The notes: generated by a model not told the origin, from the sequence alone. A stretch of DNA of 64,000 bases from Octopus sinensis (GCF_006345805.1 NC_042997.1:75516001-75580000); one strand, 5' to 3'; shown: positions 48,086 through 62,849, numbered from the stretch's first letter. Program-made: numbers and translations.

Positions 48086-48749
48086 CACACGATCTCAGAT
48101 CAGGTCACTTGCTATGCAAGTACATCTCCATAACATATATATTTATATATGATATAAGTGTGTGTCCTTGTTTTTGTAATTGTCTCCCTGACACTTGACA
48201 ACCAGTGTTGGTTTGTTTATGTCTCCATAAATTAGCAGTTTGGCAAAAGAGGCTGATAATAAATACCAGGCTTAAAAAGTGCTAGGATGAATTTGATCAA
48301 CTAAACCTTTCAAGATTGTAAAAAATAAAAAAAAAAGATATATTTCAACTGCATTTAAAGTAACCTTCAGGGTGTGGTTTCCAAGCCAAGTTTGAAGTAT
48401 CTTCTGATGATTAGCTCACATTTTAATGAACCTTTCCCATCTCAGGTTGGCAGCAGTGTTTCTAAAGAGGCCTGTCCAAATGCAGATGAATTACATATCT
48501 GAGTAGGCACAGGTTCCAGAAAAGAAACTATTACATATCTGCCCTCAACATGCAGATCCAGATTAAGAGCTCCCACTTTCACCTACTCTTGTTATCTTTG
48601 GATAAGATCAGTGAAGAAATGCTAGCTGCATGGTTTCCATTAGGATAGATCCTGGCTTGCCAGGAAGTGACTCATGCTCTGTGCTCTCAAAGAATAGTGA
48701 CTAGTCTTTAAGAACAAGGCTATTCAACTTTATTCTGAAAATGTGAGAA

Positions 48750-49140
48750 ACCTAAATAGTACCTACATATTTAAAGAATGCCTTCATCATTATGACTCAA
48801 AGACTGACTAAGAGCACTTGTGTCACTAAACAGCAATATGCTGACAACATTACCTTGCCAAATCATTCACCCAAAGAAATGCAGGAATCAGCCTACAACA
48901 TCAAAAATGCAGATGATCACTTCAGTATAAACATCCAGAAAAACAAAATATTTGTACAACCTGCTCCAAACTCAATTCTTACTGTTCTCAACACTCTAAC
49001 ACACTGCTCGAACAAGTATACCAGTTCCCTTATCTTGGAAGCATCCTCACTACACAATCTAACTTCAATAAAGATGTCAAGGACAGGATCTGAGCCACCC
49101 TTGTTGTTTTCAGAAAACTCTTTCACTATATTTTTGTGAT
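48750..49140 (+). mobile_element. Decayed RTE (BovB-like) RT remnant
   Basis: QQYADN and FSINIQKNKIFVQP. Confidence 0.4.
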
Positions 49141-49218
49141 CAAGAGTTTAAAACTATAGACCAAGGCGCCATGTAGTGGGTTGCACTCATGGACTGTTAT
49201 ATATATATATTATATATA

Positions 49219-49279
<61 letters not shown>

Positions 49280-49379
49280 CAGAATTTGCAGAGTGTTTCA
49301 AGACCTGAGAGTTTCATACATTCGAACTTATCAATGCATAAAAAATTCAACCCTTGAGTCACTGCTGTCTAATATGTAT

Positions 49380-49600
49380 GTATATCTTTTTCATTTGTTT
49401 CAGTCAGTAGACTGTGGCCTTGAAGAATTTTAGTCGAATGAATCAACCCCAGTACTTTTTTTTTTGTAAAACCCGGTACTTATTCTATTGATTCCTTTTG
49501 CCAAACCACTAAGTTATAAGGATGCAAACACACCAACAACAGTTGTCAAGTGCTGGTGGAGGAACAAACACAGACACAAAGACTAACACACACACACACA
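49380..49600 (-). mobile_element. SINE tail
   Basis: Homologous to 1-160. Confidence 0.7.
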
Positions 49601-49617
49601 CAAATATATATTATATA

Positions 49618-50035
49618 TGAGGTGGTATCGAAAAGTTCCTGGTCTAGTTCTGTAACACACCAACAGATGGAAGCACATGGTTGCATGCGCAGTGAGGGCT
49701 AGCAGTGACCTTCATGAGGCAGTATGTGTGGGTACAGAAGTAATACCATGTTGTTTTTAGCAAGAAATTCATGAGTAAGGAGAACTTGATGAAGAATCCA
49801 ATTCTTCACTTTCTATAAATCTGGTTGCTTTCACCAAATGTCTTCCCTTAGATGCTTCAAAATGTTGCACTAAAACTCTTGACTGATGGTCAGGCCCTGG
49901 AGGAGGAATTCTTGATGCACAATACCACATTTCTGGGGATGACATTCGTAGTAGGTCTTACAGATTACTCATTATCTTCCAGGGACATTCTTCCACTTTT
50001 GAAGTGCCCATGCCACTCAAAACATTGTGTACAAG
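49618..50035 (+). mobile_element. Mariner-derived remnant
   Basis: TA-TGAGGTGGTATCGAAAAGTTCC resembles a mariner TIR. No clear transposase. Confidence 0.4.
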
Positions 50036-53000
50036 CCATCTAAATGTATATATTTGTCGTTACCTTTCATAAAAAGCCTTTTTTTATTTACAATGTGCAT
50101 TTTCATTGTTTTTTCATATTTTACCCTTACATTTCCACATGTATTTTATATTTTCTTTTTGTAACATATTTCTACTATATATATATATAGAGAGAGAGAG
50201 AGGGTCACTCACTGGCTACAGATCTACTACTCAGATATGAGTTAATGCCAATGATAATACTAAGTTTGCTTATTTGAAACTGTTGCGATGTAGTACTAAA
50301 CCAGAGACTCTGATTTCGCTGCGACTCAGAGAAGCTAATGCCACACATTGTTTTATGAATGAATATTTTCCAGGAAACCTTTTCCTGTGGGAGCAACATT
50401 GAAGTACCTAAGCATATTTGATGAAAGAGGATGCAGTTCAGTTTTACTCTCCCCTCAAAGCAACATAGTGATTTTGATTCAACAAGTTATCTGTAAACTT
50501 TGCAGTGTCAACTAACATTGTGAAAGAGATTCCCTGAATTATGTGGGTGTATAACAGACTGCACAGTCTGTTCTTGAAAGTAAATTATTCTATTCGTGAG
50601 ATACCCTAGGCAGTCTGTCACATGTCACTTATTTTTAATGAAAGCAATTGAAGAGAGGTGGAGGAGAGAGAGAGAAACACAGCATTGCAAGGCAAGAAAG
50701 TGAGAGTAATAGAGTGTGTGGTGGGAAAGACATATAATATTAAATGCAATAGCAAAAGAAGGGATACAAATTTAGAATGTGAGAGAGAAAAAGAAAAGAA
50801 GGATAAAGATGTTGAAAAAAAAAAGAAACAATGAGGATATTGTAAGAATAGAGTCACAGAAAGATTAATAGGAATAGAGGTGGTAAATAAAGAAGGGATG
50901 GTCAAAGGGATAGAAGGAAAGCAATTAGAAGAAAAGGTATACATATGTAAGATGTTAAAAAATGCCTATCGTCTCTCAGTGAATTAATCATAATTTTCTG
51001 ACTGAATCATGTAGTTGAAATCTTCAATCATAAAAGGATCTTGAAAAACACAATACAATTTTTTAACTATATAAAAATTGAAATTTTAAATAATTTTCTA
51101 GAATGTGTAAACTTTAATAATTGCTTTCTTGCTATCTTACTATTTTTAAGATGAGGAAAGATATGCAATAGGTTGGAATCGTTAATATTACTAATAATAA
51201 AGATTTCTTTCAATAATAATTGTTTCTAACATAGCATGATGCCAACATTTTGGGGATAAAAGACAGTCACTTATATTAACCTAATACTTGACCTGTACTT
51301 TATTTTATCAACCTCAGATTAATGAAAGGTAACCTCTGTTGGGTTTTTTAATTCAGAATTTAATGAAGTAAAACAAATACTGCAAGGCATTTTACCTGAC
51401 ACTCAAATGATTCTGTCATAGTAATAATAGAAATAAATTAAATAGGTAATGAAGTGTCTGCTGTCATAATCCACCACATAACCTCAGAATAGTAACCACA
51501 TTGAAAAATAATATTCTTTTCGATACTGGGGAGGAATGTATGTAGCATAAAGAGTACCTGACATTTAACAAAAATTCTGTGAAAGTCTTATTTCATTACC
51601 CCTAATTTGGCCCATTTAAAGCTTCTTCCAATAGGACCAAACTAAACAGAAATTGTCACCTAAATAACACCGATTGTAACTTCAATAACTCAAATGCATA
51701 CCTTTTAGATTCTAATTGCCTTGTAAAGAATGTAGTATGAACTCCAGATTCAATAAGGAATTACATCTGTTTCATAGCAAACAATTTTAAAATGTAGTTC
51801 AGCTCATATATACTTTTTCAGATATCTTCTTAGAAAGAAAGCCATTTCACTATTATCTTCCATGTGGAACATTTTCAAAAACTGTTCAAGTTGAATGAAT
51901 TAGAGTTAAACTACAATAAAATATAAGATAAAATAATTCAAATAGATTAATAGAATACCATAATAAAATACAATAAAAGTAAGGCAAACTGACTTCATTA
52001 AAAACCACAAGAAGTTATGAAGTAGTTCTGTTTTGTTTTCTTCACAAAAAGAAGACTCAAACTATATTCATATTGAAATGAATTAAAGTACTGAGGTAAT
52101 GAAGTAATTACAAAGATTAACAAATTAAAAAACTTATAAAACCATTTTTAAAAAATTTTCAGTAAGATTCCAAACATTATAAATGTATCATGTGTGATTA
52201 AACTAACTTTATTAACCAAAGTATCATGACTGGATTTGGTATACAAAAACTTTAAAAAGTCTACAGTGTGTATGTGTGTGTGTCTGTCAGTCTTTGTGTT
52301 TGTTTAAATTTGCACTTCTCTGAAAATTAGCATGCTAAAAGCAGTGGCATTGCCAATTTCCCCTATCAACAAATCCTTCAATGGTTGCACACCTTCAAAA
52401 GTGTACAAAATAAGAGAACCTTTATTTGAAAAGCAAGTAAGGGTTAGTGACAGGAAAAGCGTGTAGTTGTAAAACGATATTTCAATAATATATTTGTCTA
52501 ACCTATGCTAGCTTCATAGAACATATAAAAACGGAGAAACATATCAACATAATATAGTATCTAAATTGTAAAACCAAATATCATATCACCAGCTCTTGTA
52601 GTACCTAAGTGTTTGAAAAATATTATGATTACAACTGATTATTGTCTCATCATTATCATTATTTAACATCTGTTTTCCATGCTGGCAAGGGTTGGACCTC
52701 ATTACACTTATTTAATAATGATGAATCTGATAGCATAATTTGAAGTGCCTATTGACAGCAAAACTCATGCCTCATCCACTACCACCTGTAAGGAATTGTG
52801 AATTTCATAATACTCCATTCTCACATATAATCTAAGTTCATATATTTGAGTATTCTACCAATGAAGACGAGTGTACTAATTTTGAATTTTTTTAAAAGAA
52901 TGTTCATAAAGTTTATTAAAAAGTATTAGCTGTAAAGCTATATATAAAAACATTAGCTATAGAGCTCGAGAATTTGTATAATTAACTACCCTGTATTTGT

Positions 53001-53887
53001 ATACTACATTATTAACTACACAGCTTTCAATTGAAAGGGCATGCATCCACATTCCTGAAGTCACATATACGCAGTGCACTAGTAGACAATCTATTAGTAT
53101 CTTCTGTCTTGCAATTTGCATTTATATACTGCATATTAAAATTACTGGTGCTTCTGTCATTAGAGCAATTATTAATGTAACTACTATCCTAAATTATCCT
53201 ATGTATGAAACCTGTCCCTGCTGTGTTGTTAACCACCAAAATATATATTATTCTGACAGTAAGTAGTATTACCATGTTTAAATTTATCTTTAGCTACAGT
53301 ACAATTTCCATCTTTTAGTTAATCTCATCTTCCCCAATTTGAAGTTGTTTAATACTGCGGTACTATCCAAAAGATTGGAAATTGTAGAGCAAGAAATTTG
53401 AACCATAAATATATTAAATTTCTGCTAGTGTTTATGCTGCAATGAGTTTCTTTATACTTCTAAGTATAAAGAATACACACCATGACATTTTTATTTTTCT
53501 TACTTATAGCACCTGTTGTATGCACCTCTAGTTCTCCCACCGTAGGGTCAAAGTTATTTCTGCTACCACTATTTTTGTTATTAATATAATGTAGCGAGCT
53601 GGCAGAATTGTTATCTCAGCAGCATTTCATCTGTCTTTATGTTTCGAGTTCAAATTTCAAGGTTGACTTTGCCTTTCATCTCTTTTGGAGTTGATCAAAT
53701 AAGTACCAGTTAAGCTGGGGTTGATGTAATCAATTTACTCCCTCCTCCTAAATGCTGGCCTTGTACCAAAATTTGAAACCAGTATTTATGGCTAATATTA
53801 TATGTATTAACATATCCTGCATTACTAGTAGTATCATTACTACACACAGTCTTTGTAATACCGTATGTAAACCTCTAGTGTGTCTAA

Positions 53888-55082
53888 AATGTAATATTTA
53901 TGTCTCACTTAAAGTGGATGTTGTGTTAGAAAACTGCATTGTTTACCATGAGAGAACCTCTCATATGGACTTGTGCATAAAGGCACTCATATTACTGGTG
54001 GGCAATGACTGTCCTCTACAGCTACCAAAACTGCCAGATCACATGATTTCAGAGTTCCTTGACTTTGTCAACAACAGATGATCATGGCTAGACATAGCAG
54101 CTGATTCCCCCATCATTGACATCTATATATATAAAACTGTAGTTGTGTGAGTGTCTGTCCCCTTCGATTTAGATTCCTAACTACTCCCACATTTTGCGGT
54201 GCAGTTTAACCAAATTTGGGTATCTTATAGTCGTGATTCATATCAAGCCCGTCTGAGTATTAGCGCACGTCTACGATGAGTCTACGATTTTAAAAATAAT
54301 TTAACATCATTTTTTATTCCATTTTAATGCATAATTTTTCGTGTGTCGATGGCAGCAGAGTTGGCGTCCATGGTCACACCTGCACCTGTGTTGCTTCTCC
54401 CCCTTCTTCCCTCCCTCGTGAAGCTGTGGGGAAGGGAGTGTAAGGAAATCAACGTCGTAAAGCGTTGTCAAGTAGACCAGCGTTCTTTTAGAACAACGAC
54501 TTCATGGCTTGAAGACACCAAAACAGAAATGGCTAAGAAAGCCCGAATTGGCATCTATAAGGGAAGTAACTCTCTAAAAATGCTTATATAGTTATTTCCC
54601 TTACAAACCCGAGCAACACCAGGCGATACTGCTAGTGTATATATAAAATCTCGGTGTCTATTTGGACGCTGGTGTTGCAAATAGCCACTGGGCTTTTGTG
54701 CACTGCAAGTCCATATGAGAGGTTCTCTCATGGAAAATAATGCAGATCCACTTTAATTGGGGCATAAATATTATTTTTTTTGTTATTAATACTGCTTTCG
54801 TCACTATTAGTTATTTTTAATGAGTCCAATAGCTATTTGTGACACCAGTTCCTGAATAGACACTGAGATTTTTTATAAATTTTTGACAGGGGAATTGACA
54901 AAGCCAAGGAAGGCCAAAATCACATGATGTGGCAGTTCTGGTAACCATATTGGATAGTTATTGTCTGCCAGTGATATTAATGAGTGCTTTTATGTACGAG
55001 TCCGAATGAGAAGTTCTCTTAAAGTAATCTTCTGTGTTCTAACATAACACCCACTCTAAGTGAGACATAGATACTACATTTT
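53888..55082. repeat. Old inverted repeat (~190-bp arms) with a Helitron inside
   Basis: 53888-54080 versus 54885-55082 (~75% by eye). Extra partial arm at 54707-54774. Confidence 0.7.
54122..54635 (+). mobile_element. Non-autonomous Helitron
   Basis: A|TCTATATATATAAAACTG ... CCCGAGCAACACCAGGCGATACTGCTAG|T. Confidence 0.88.
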
Positions 55083-55090
55083 GATATTAA

Positions 55091-55579
55091 CCCTTTAGCA
55101 TTTAAACTGGCCATATCTGGCCAAAATATTCTGCTTCTTTTATGTTCAAACTGGCCAGATCCAACATTTCATACTACCTTACAATAATAAAATAAAACAA
55201 ATGCGCCCTTTTAAAGCCTATCCAGGCTCATGGGCCCCGTTTCAATGGCATATGTGTTCCCCAACTGGATGGGACGCCAATCCATCGCAGCGTTACTCAT
55301 TTTTGCCAGCTGAGTGGACTGGAGCAATGTGAAATGAAGTGTTTTGCTCAAGAACACAATGCGTCGCCCGGTCCAGGAATCGAAACCACAATCTTACGAT
55401 CATGATGCTGACACCCTAACCACTAAGCCACGCGCCTCCACACTACCTTACAATGTCATTGTAAAAATAAATTAATCTCATCATTGAAATCTTGAAGTCT
55501 CAAGATAATGTATGTTTAATTCAAAACGATGTGTATAAATAAGCATTACAATTGACAGAGTAATCTGAAAGCTAAAAGG
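55091..55579 (+). mobile_element. piggyBac-like MITE with TTAA TSDs, carrying a SINE insertion
   Basis: TTAA|CCCTTTAGC ... GCTAAAAGG|TTAA. Confidence 0.75.
55186..55441 (-). mobile_element. Young tRNA-derived SINE (third family) with 13-bp TSD
   Basis: A box TGGCTTAGTGG and B box GGTTTCGATTCC. TSD ACTACCTTACAAT at 55173 and 55442. Confidence 0.9.
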
Positions 55580-57280
55580 TTAATACTGCTTCTGTTGCTC
55601 TTAATTATTTCCAGTATATCTATTTTCATCTCATAAGCCTCTCCAATATAATTTATACAATTATTGCTCATACCATTATTACATTTTGCAAAGTTCATTC
55701 TTATTACTGTTAATGTTATAGTCTTTGATATAGGTATTATTATTTCTATTAGTATCACTGTAACTACTCTTCCTTCTCAGATTTCCAAATTCACAATGTG
55801 TTGTATTACTATTTTTCTAGTTATTTACCCACTGATATCAGAGCTCTGCTTCTGTTATTCCTACAATCTTTATATAACTATTAGGTATGTAGACCCTATC
55901 ATTAGGTTTATAAGCAATTTTTTTCTTATACTCACTTGTTCTCAAGATGTCATTGTAGTACTAAGCATTGTAATTAAATATTTTTTCATTAGCAGATAAC
56001 CATGACATCTTGATCTACGCATTCCTTACTAGTTCAATATAGGCCTGATCAATGATGGTTAGAGTCCTTGGTAAGGGTAGTATATGTCTGAAGAAATAAG
56101 ATATTCTTTTAAAAGTCAGGGATTTAACTCTAAAAAAATCTTTATATTGTTTGTTTGTGTGCATTCATGTATGTGTGTGTGTATTTTTATATTTATATAT
56201 AACGTGAATATTTACTTGTGTGTATGTATTTGTATGGGAGTGTCTCTTTATGTGTGTTTGTATATGTGTGTGCGCAAGTGTGTGTCATCACACCCAGACT
56301 GTCCTTGTCAAATCTTCCTGCACAACTCATTTTCCTAATACCCATCTTTCTGTCACTTAACACTACTCAGGAACTGTAATCATATGTCCCTCCCCTCTCT
56401 ACCAACACTTCTCCTTGGAATCACTTCCTTTTATAACCCTTACTGCCTTCTTAATATATTTTCTACTGAATCTCTCTTTCTCCTGAAAACACTATCATAT
56501 CTGCCTTCAACAGACCCTTCATCTTTATGTGTCTCTCTCTCTCTCTCTCATCATCTTACACTTCTCATGATCTCCCTATTTTTCAACTGTCTGTGGTTTT
56601 ATACTGTTGCTATCCACTTCCCTCTTTCTTTTCTACTGTACTTTAGCACCTCTTTCTCTTTCCCAACCCACTCTTATTTCCTAACTTCCCTTGCAAACTG
56701 ATATTCACCATTGATCAAGCTTTTTCTATGTTCCCCATTCTCACTTTCTATCATTCTCTCTCAAAACTAAACCCCTACTAAATTGAAGAGTCTTTTCTTG
56801 TGAGTTACTTAGTGACCTCACTAATGCTAGTGTCACAAAAAGAACCCAGTAGACTCTGCAAAGTTAGAAGCATTAGAGGGGGCACCCAGCCATAAAGCCA
56901 TACCAATGCAGACATTGCAGCTTAACATGGTCTCCTGGCTTGTGAAAACCTGTTAAACCATCCAATTCATGCTAAGATGGAAGACAGACGCTAAATGAAT
57001 AATGATGTTGTTGTTCTTGTTGGTGATGATGTTGTTTATCTTTGATATAAATTTTTAAAACATACATGTTCATTATGAACTTTCGGTAATGCACTTGCAA
57101 TGATATACTAACCACAGTTGGAGGGAAGTGTCAACGGCCAGACAACAGTTTATGTATAAGTGCAAACTCAAGCAATCTGTCATTTGAATTTCTAGTTAGC
57201 AAACATTGCATGTTTGAACATATCTATGACTTCTATTAAAACATGTTTCATTCTCTTTTTTTCATTTAATATTCTTCATT

Positions 57281-58026
57281 TACAAGGGTTGACTGAAAAC
57301 TTTGTAGGCTAACCAAGATACTCTCATGGAACGTAACCAAATAAGGTTTATTTTTCACCATAGTCCCCCTTGCAGTTCACACATTTCTTCCATCAATGTT
57401 GCAATGCTTGGCTCCTATTGGATAAGCTTTCATCCAGTTGGTCAAAAAAACCATGAACTACAGATATGACATCATCACTATGATACTAGTTCTCAACTAA
57501 GTGTTTCTTCATGTTGGGGAACAGATGATAGTCAGATGGGACCAAATAAGGAGAATAGGAAGGGTGATCAACCAGTTTAAAGTCACAATGATGCACAGTA
57601 GTCATTGAAACCAGGATTTATGTGCTGGAGCATTGCTGATGAAACGAGACTCCTTTCATCAGTTTTCCTGGGTGTTTGGTCTTGATAGCCTTTCATAACT
57701 GCCTCAGCTAGTTAACATACTTTCTATTAATGCTGTGGCCCTTTTGAAAACAGTCAATAAATACAATGCCTTTTGCATCTCAAATAACCTTCCCTACAGA
57801 TGAAATGAACTTGGCCTGCTTTCAAGAAGGTAAGGAGGGGTGTTTCCACTGCATGGATTGTCTTTTGTCTCTGGCTCAAAGTGCTGAACCCAACACTTAT
57901 CCTAGCTTGGGAAAATCAGCTGGATCTGTTTCATATGGTGTCAGATTTTGTTGTGATCTGATGTCTCACTATCATTTGAATATAAGACAGCTATCATCTG
58001 AGAAGGTGAGGCAGACATCAAATATG

Positions 58027-58030
<4 letters not shown>
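57281..58030 (-). mobile_element. Decayed mariner remnant
   Basis: TIR-like TACAAGGGTTGACTGAAAACTT, and SPYLVHLTII resembling SPDLAPxDY. Confidence 0.45.
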
Positions 58031-58057
<27 letters not shown>

Positions 58058-58109
58058 CAAATAAAATCAAGTATTCACCCTAAATTTACAGTACCTACTA
58101 TATATATAT

Positions 58110-58169
<60 letters not shown>

Positions 58170-58172
<3 letters not shown>

Positions 58173-60328
58173 AAAATAGAAGTTGAAAATGCACCAAGAA
58201 TAGTTAAAACATCTTCTATTAAAATATTTGAAGCTTTAACTGGTTTCACAGTTTACACTGATTTTCAAAAAGTTCAAATAGAAAGCAGCTGTCTTGCTTC
58301 TGACTAGTGTTTGAAGTTTGCCCTGTTTTTGTATCTTTTAATGTGGTGAACCTATATACCACAATCCCACTTCAATATGGACTAGAGGCAATAAACTTCT
58401 GGCTTGAGAAATTTCCTCATGAAATTCCAGACAGAATTGAAAAGAGTTTCACACTGAGGATTAAAGTTTATCCTCGAAAACAACTTTTTTCACTTTGATG
58501 GCAATATGAATTTCTGGGACTGCAATAGGGACAAAATGTGCCTCAACATACGCCAATCTAGTCATGGCATACATAGGGCTCCAGACATATGAACAATCTA
58601 AATTAATATATGGCTTGAAATGCCACAAATATCTACTAGAAAACTGGAAATGTTACTTAGATGACTGCCTAATCCTATGGATGTACACATTTGAACAACT
58701 TATACATTTCAAAAATCTAATTAACAGCATAAATAATAATATTAACTTTACCATGGAATACAGTAAAACTCAACTACCATTCATAGATATACTAATCATC
58801 AAGAGAGATAAAATCATTGAAATAAGATATTCACTTCAAACTAACAGATTCTAAACAATCTTTATTATTCTCCTCATGCCATCCCAAACACACGGAGAAT
58901 AATATCCCCTTCAGTCTAGCAAGAAGAATCTGCACAATTGTCTCAAACCCTGAAATTCGCAATAAACGACTCCAAACAATAAAGACAATATCCATTAATG
59001 CTAATAGACAATGGAATAGAACATGCCAAAGAAATAAATATCAAAGAACTACCAAAAACGCTCCAGAGATTCAACACACAACCCAAGAAACACAGAGGTT
59101 TACAATATTATCCACCAGAACATCCCACTACTAATTCAAGACCCAAAAATGAAACAAGCATTCAAAATACACAAAATAATCAAAAGTAAAAGACAATCAA
59201 AGTCCTTCAAAAATTTCCCCACAGGTTCTAAATTACCTTCCACAATTCCTACACCAACAGTCAAAAGTTGTTGCCGCCCCAATTCCAGGATCTGCATCAA
59301 CCTATTGAAGACACAACATACAAATTTAAATCAGGGCAGACTTTTACCCTAAAAAAAAAACATTTTACATGTTCTTCAAGGAATTTAATATATGCTATCA
59401 AATGTCAAGGATGTAATGAAGATTACATAGATAAAACAAATGTTACTCTGAGAAATAGACTGACCATTCACCAACAACAAATACAAGACCTAGTACTAGA
59501 CAGATCCCATTGAGTGGTCACATAGACATATGTGCAAAACAATAAGTCTCCCAATTTCCAGGTCTTCCCATTCTACCTGTGTTCAGCAAATACCACAGAT
59601 GAAGCACAGATAAACAAGGAAAATACTTTTATACAAAAGTACAAATCAAAACTTAACAAACTTTAACAGAGTACATACACAAATAACTATTCACACGCAA
59701 AATTCATTCTGCTGCTTATCATGAGGAAGCTACACAACTAACAACCTAACAACCATTGGACTACATACAAATGACTCCTGTTCACTCTTCTACCAGATAT
59801 ATTAAATTTTGTCTGTCTTGATTATAACTAAAATATGTTCACTCAACCGTGTCAGCCCTCTTCTTAGGTGCTGTCACTTGACAGCATGGACGTAGCAGAA
59901 AATGTACAAAAGTTTATAAATTAAATCATGTGTTCATTCTCTACAAACACTTGACAGAAAACATTCAAAGCATTGATTGTTGGAACTTGTTCATTTAACT
60001 ATGTCAGTCTTAACTTACAATGCCAAACATTGCTACTAACACACAGACTTAGCAGGGAACCTACAAATATTTCTAAAACCAGTCATATGACTATCCTCTA
60101 CCAATCAAATCTTATTCAAAACATATACTAATTTGAGACATGAACTCCTTGCAAAAGCAGGGCAAACTTCAAATGCTATTCAGAAGAAGACAGCTGCAAC
60201 ATACACCACATCATTCTATTTGAACTTTTTGAAAATCAGTGTAAACTGTGAAACCAATTAAAGCTTCAAATATTTCAATGAAAAGTATTTTAACTATTCT
60301 CAGTGCATTTTCAACTTCTGTTTTTCCT
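58170..60328 (+). mobile_element. Decayed Penelope-like element with ~165-bp inverted termini, copy 1
   Basis: SFNVVNLYTTIP, GTKCASTYANL, YLDD, LPFIDIL, and NLIYAIKCQGC..YI..LRNRLTIHQQQI. 58170-58331 is the reverse complement of 60153-60328. Confidence 0.88.
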
Positions 60329-60365
60329 ATATTTCTACCCATATGGAATAAAATATTTTTGTTTT

Positions 60366-60421
<56 letters not shown>

Positions 60422-60628
60422 CTATGTATATATAATACATATATATCCTTTTACACTAATTCTCCTTTTTCTCTCTCTATTCTCTCCCCACATGAGATAC
60501 CCATGCTTCCCCTCTCATGCTGTCAAACTTCGCAACTCATGCTAGTGTTGAAGCCAGATGTTAGATGGTGATGATGATATGTATATGTGTGTGCATGTGT
60601 GTGTGCGTGTGTGTGTATGTATATATAT

Positions 60629-60690
<62 letters not shown>

Positions 60691-60693
<3 letters not shown>

Positions 60694-62849
60694 AAAATAG
60701 AAGTTGAAAATGCACCAAGAATAGTTAAAACATCTTCTATTAAAATATTTGAAGCTTTAACTGGTTTCACAGTTTACACTGATTTTCAAAAAGTTCAAAT
60801 AGAAAGCAGCTGTCTTGCTTCTGACTAGTGTTTGAAGTTTGCCCTGTTTTTGTATCTTTTAATGTGGTGAACCTATATACCACAATCCCACTTCAATATG
60901 GACTAGAGGCAATAAACTTCTGGCTTGAGAAATTTCCTCATGAAATTCCAGACAGAATTGAAAAGAGTTTCACACTGAGGATTAAAGTTTATCCTCGAAA
61001 ACAACTTTTTTCACTTTGATGGCAATATGAATTTCTGGGACTGCAATAGGGACAAAATGTGCCTCAACATACGCCAATCTAGTCATGGCATACATAGGGC
61101 TCCAGACATATGAACAATCTAAATTAATATATGGCTTGAAATGCCACAAATATCTACTAGAAAACTGGAAATGTTACTTAGATGACTGCCTAATCCTATG
61201 GATGTACACATTTGAACAACTTATACATTTCAAAAATCTAATTAACAGCATAAATAATAATATTAACTTTACCATGGAATACAGTAAAACTCAACTACCA
61301 TTCATAGATATACTAATCATCAAGAGAGATAAAATCATTGAAATAAGATATTCACTTCAAACTAACAGATTCTAAACAATCTTTATTATTCTCCTCATGC
61401 CATCCCAAACACACGGAGAATAATATCCCCTTCAGTCTAGCAAGAAGAATCTGCACAATTGTCTCAAACCCTGAAATTCGCAATAAACGACTCCAAACAA
61501 TAAAGACAATATCCATTAATGCTAATAGACAATGGAATAGAACATGCCAAAGAAATAAATATCAAAGAACTACCAAAAACGCTCCAGAGATTCAACACAC
61601 AACCCAAGAAACACAGAGGTTTACAATATTATCCACCAGAACATCCCACTACTAATTCAAGACCCAAAAATGAAACAAGCATTCAAAATACACAAAATAA
61701 TCAAAAGTAAAAGACAATCAAAGTCCTTCAAAAATTTCCCCACAGGTTCTAAATTACCTTCCACAATTCCTACACCAACAGTCAAAAGTTGTTGCCGCCC
61801 CAATTCCAGGATCTGCATCAACCTATTGAAGACACAACATACAAATTTAAATCAGGGCAGACTTTTACCCTAAAAAAAAAACATTTTACATGTTCTTCAA
61901 GGAATTTAATATATGCTATCAAATGTCAAGGATGTAATGAAGATTACATAGATAAAACAAATGTTACTCTGAGAAATAGACTGACCATTCACCAACAACA
62001 AATACAAGACCTAGTACTAGACAGATCCCATTGAGTGGTCACATAGACATATGTGCAAAACAATAAGTCTCCCAATTTCCAGGTCTTCCCATTCTACCTG
62101 TGTTCAGCAAATACCACAGATGAAGCACAGATAAACAAGGAAAATACTTTTATACAAAAGTACAAATCAAAACTTAACAAACTTTAACAGAGTACATACA
62201 CAAATAACTATTCACACGCAAAATTCATTCTGCTGCTTATCATGAGGAAGCTACACAACTAACAACCTAACAACCATTGGACTACATACAAATGACTCCT
62301 GTTCACTCTTCTACCAGATATATTAAATTTTGTCTGTCTTGATTATAACTAAAATATGTTCACTCAACCGTGTCAGCCCTCTTCTTAGGTGCTGTCACTT
62401 GACAGCATGGACGTAGCAGAAAATGTACAAAAGTTTATAAATTAAATCATGTGTTCATTCTCTACAAACACTTGACAGAAAACATTCAAAGCATTGATTG
62501 TTGGAACTTGTTCATTTAACTATGTCAGTCTTAACTTACAATGCCAAACATTGCTACTAACACACAGACTTAGCAGGGAACCTACAAATATTTCTAAAAC
62601 CAGTCATATGACTATCCTCTACCAATCAAATCTTATTCAAAACATATACTAATTTGAGACATGAACTCCTTGCAAAAGCAGGGCAAACTTCAAATGCTAT
62701 TCAGAAGAAGACAGCTGCAACATACACCACATCATTCTATTTGAACTTTTTGAAAATCAGTGTAAACTGTGAAACCAATTAAAGCTTCAAATATTTCAAT
62801 GAAAAGTATTTTAACTATTCTCAGTGCATTTTCAACTTCTGTTTTTCCT
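60691..62849 (+). mobile_element. Second, essentially identical copy of the PLE (2521-bp tandem period)
   Basis: All ORF pairs are offset by exactly 2521 bp with identical translations. Confidence 0.9.

Noticed and set aside
55380-55441. tRNA genes at SINE heads
   Set aside because: A/B boxes are present, but there is no complete cloverleaf and the sequence continues into SINE core and tail.
60175-60265. Intact HHR in the 58-63 kb PLE termini
   Set aside because: The core reads CAGAAGA, stem III is CCAATT/CCAGTT and stem I needs a bulge. It may be a relic, but it is too degraded to call.
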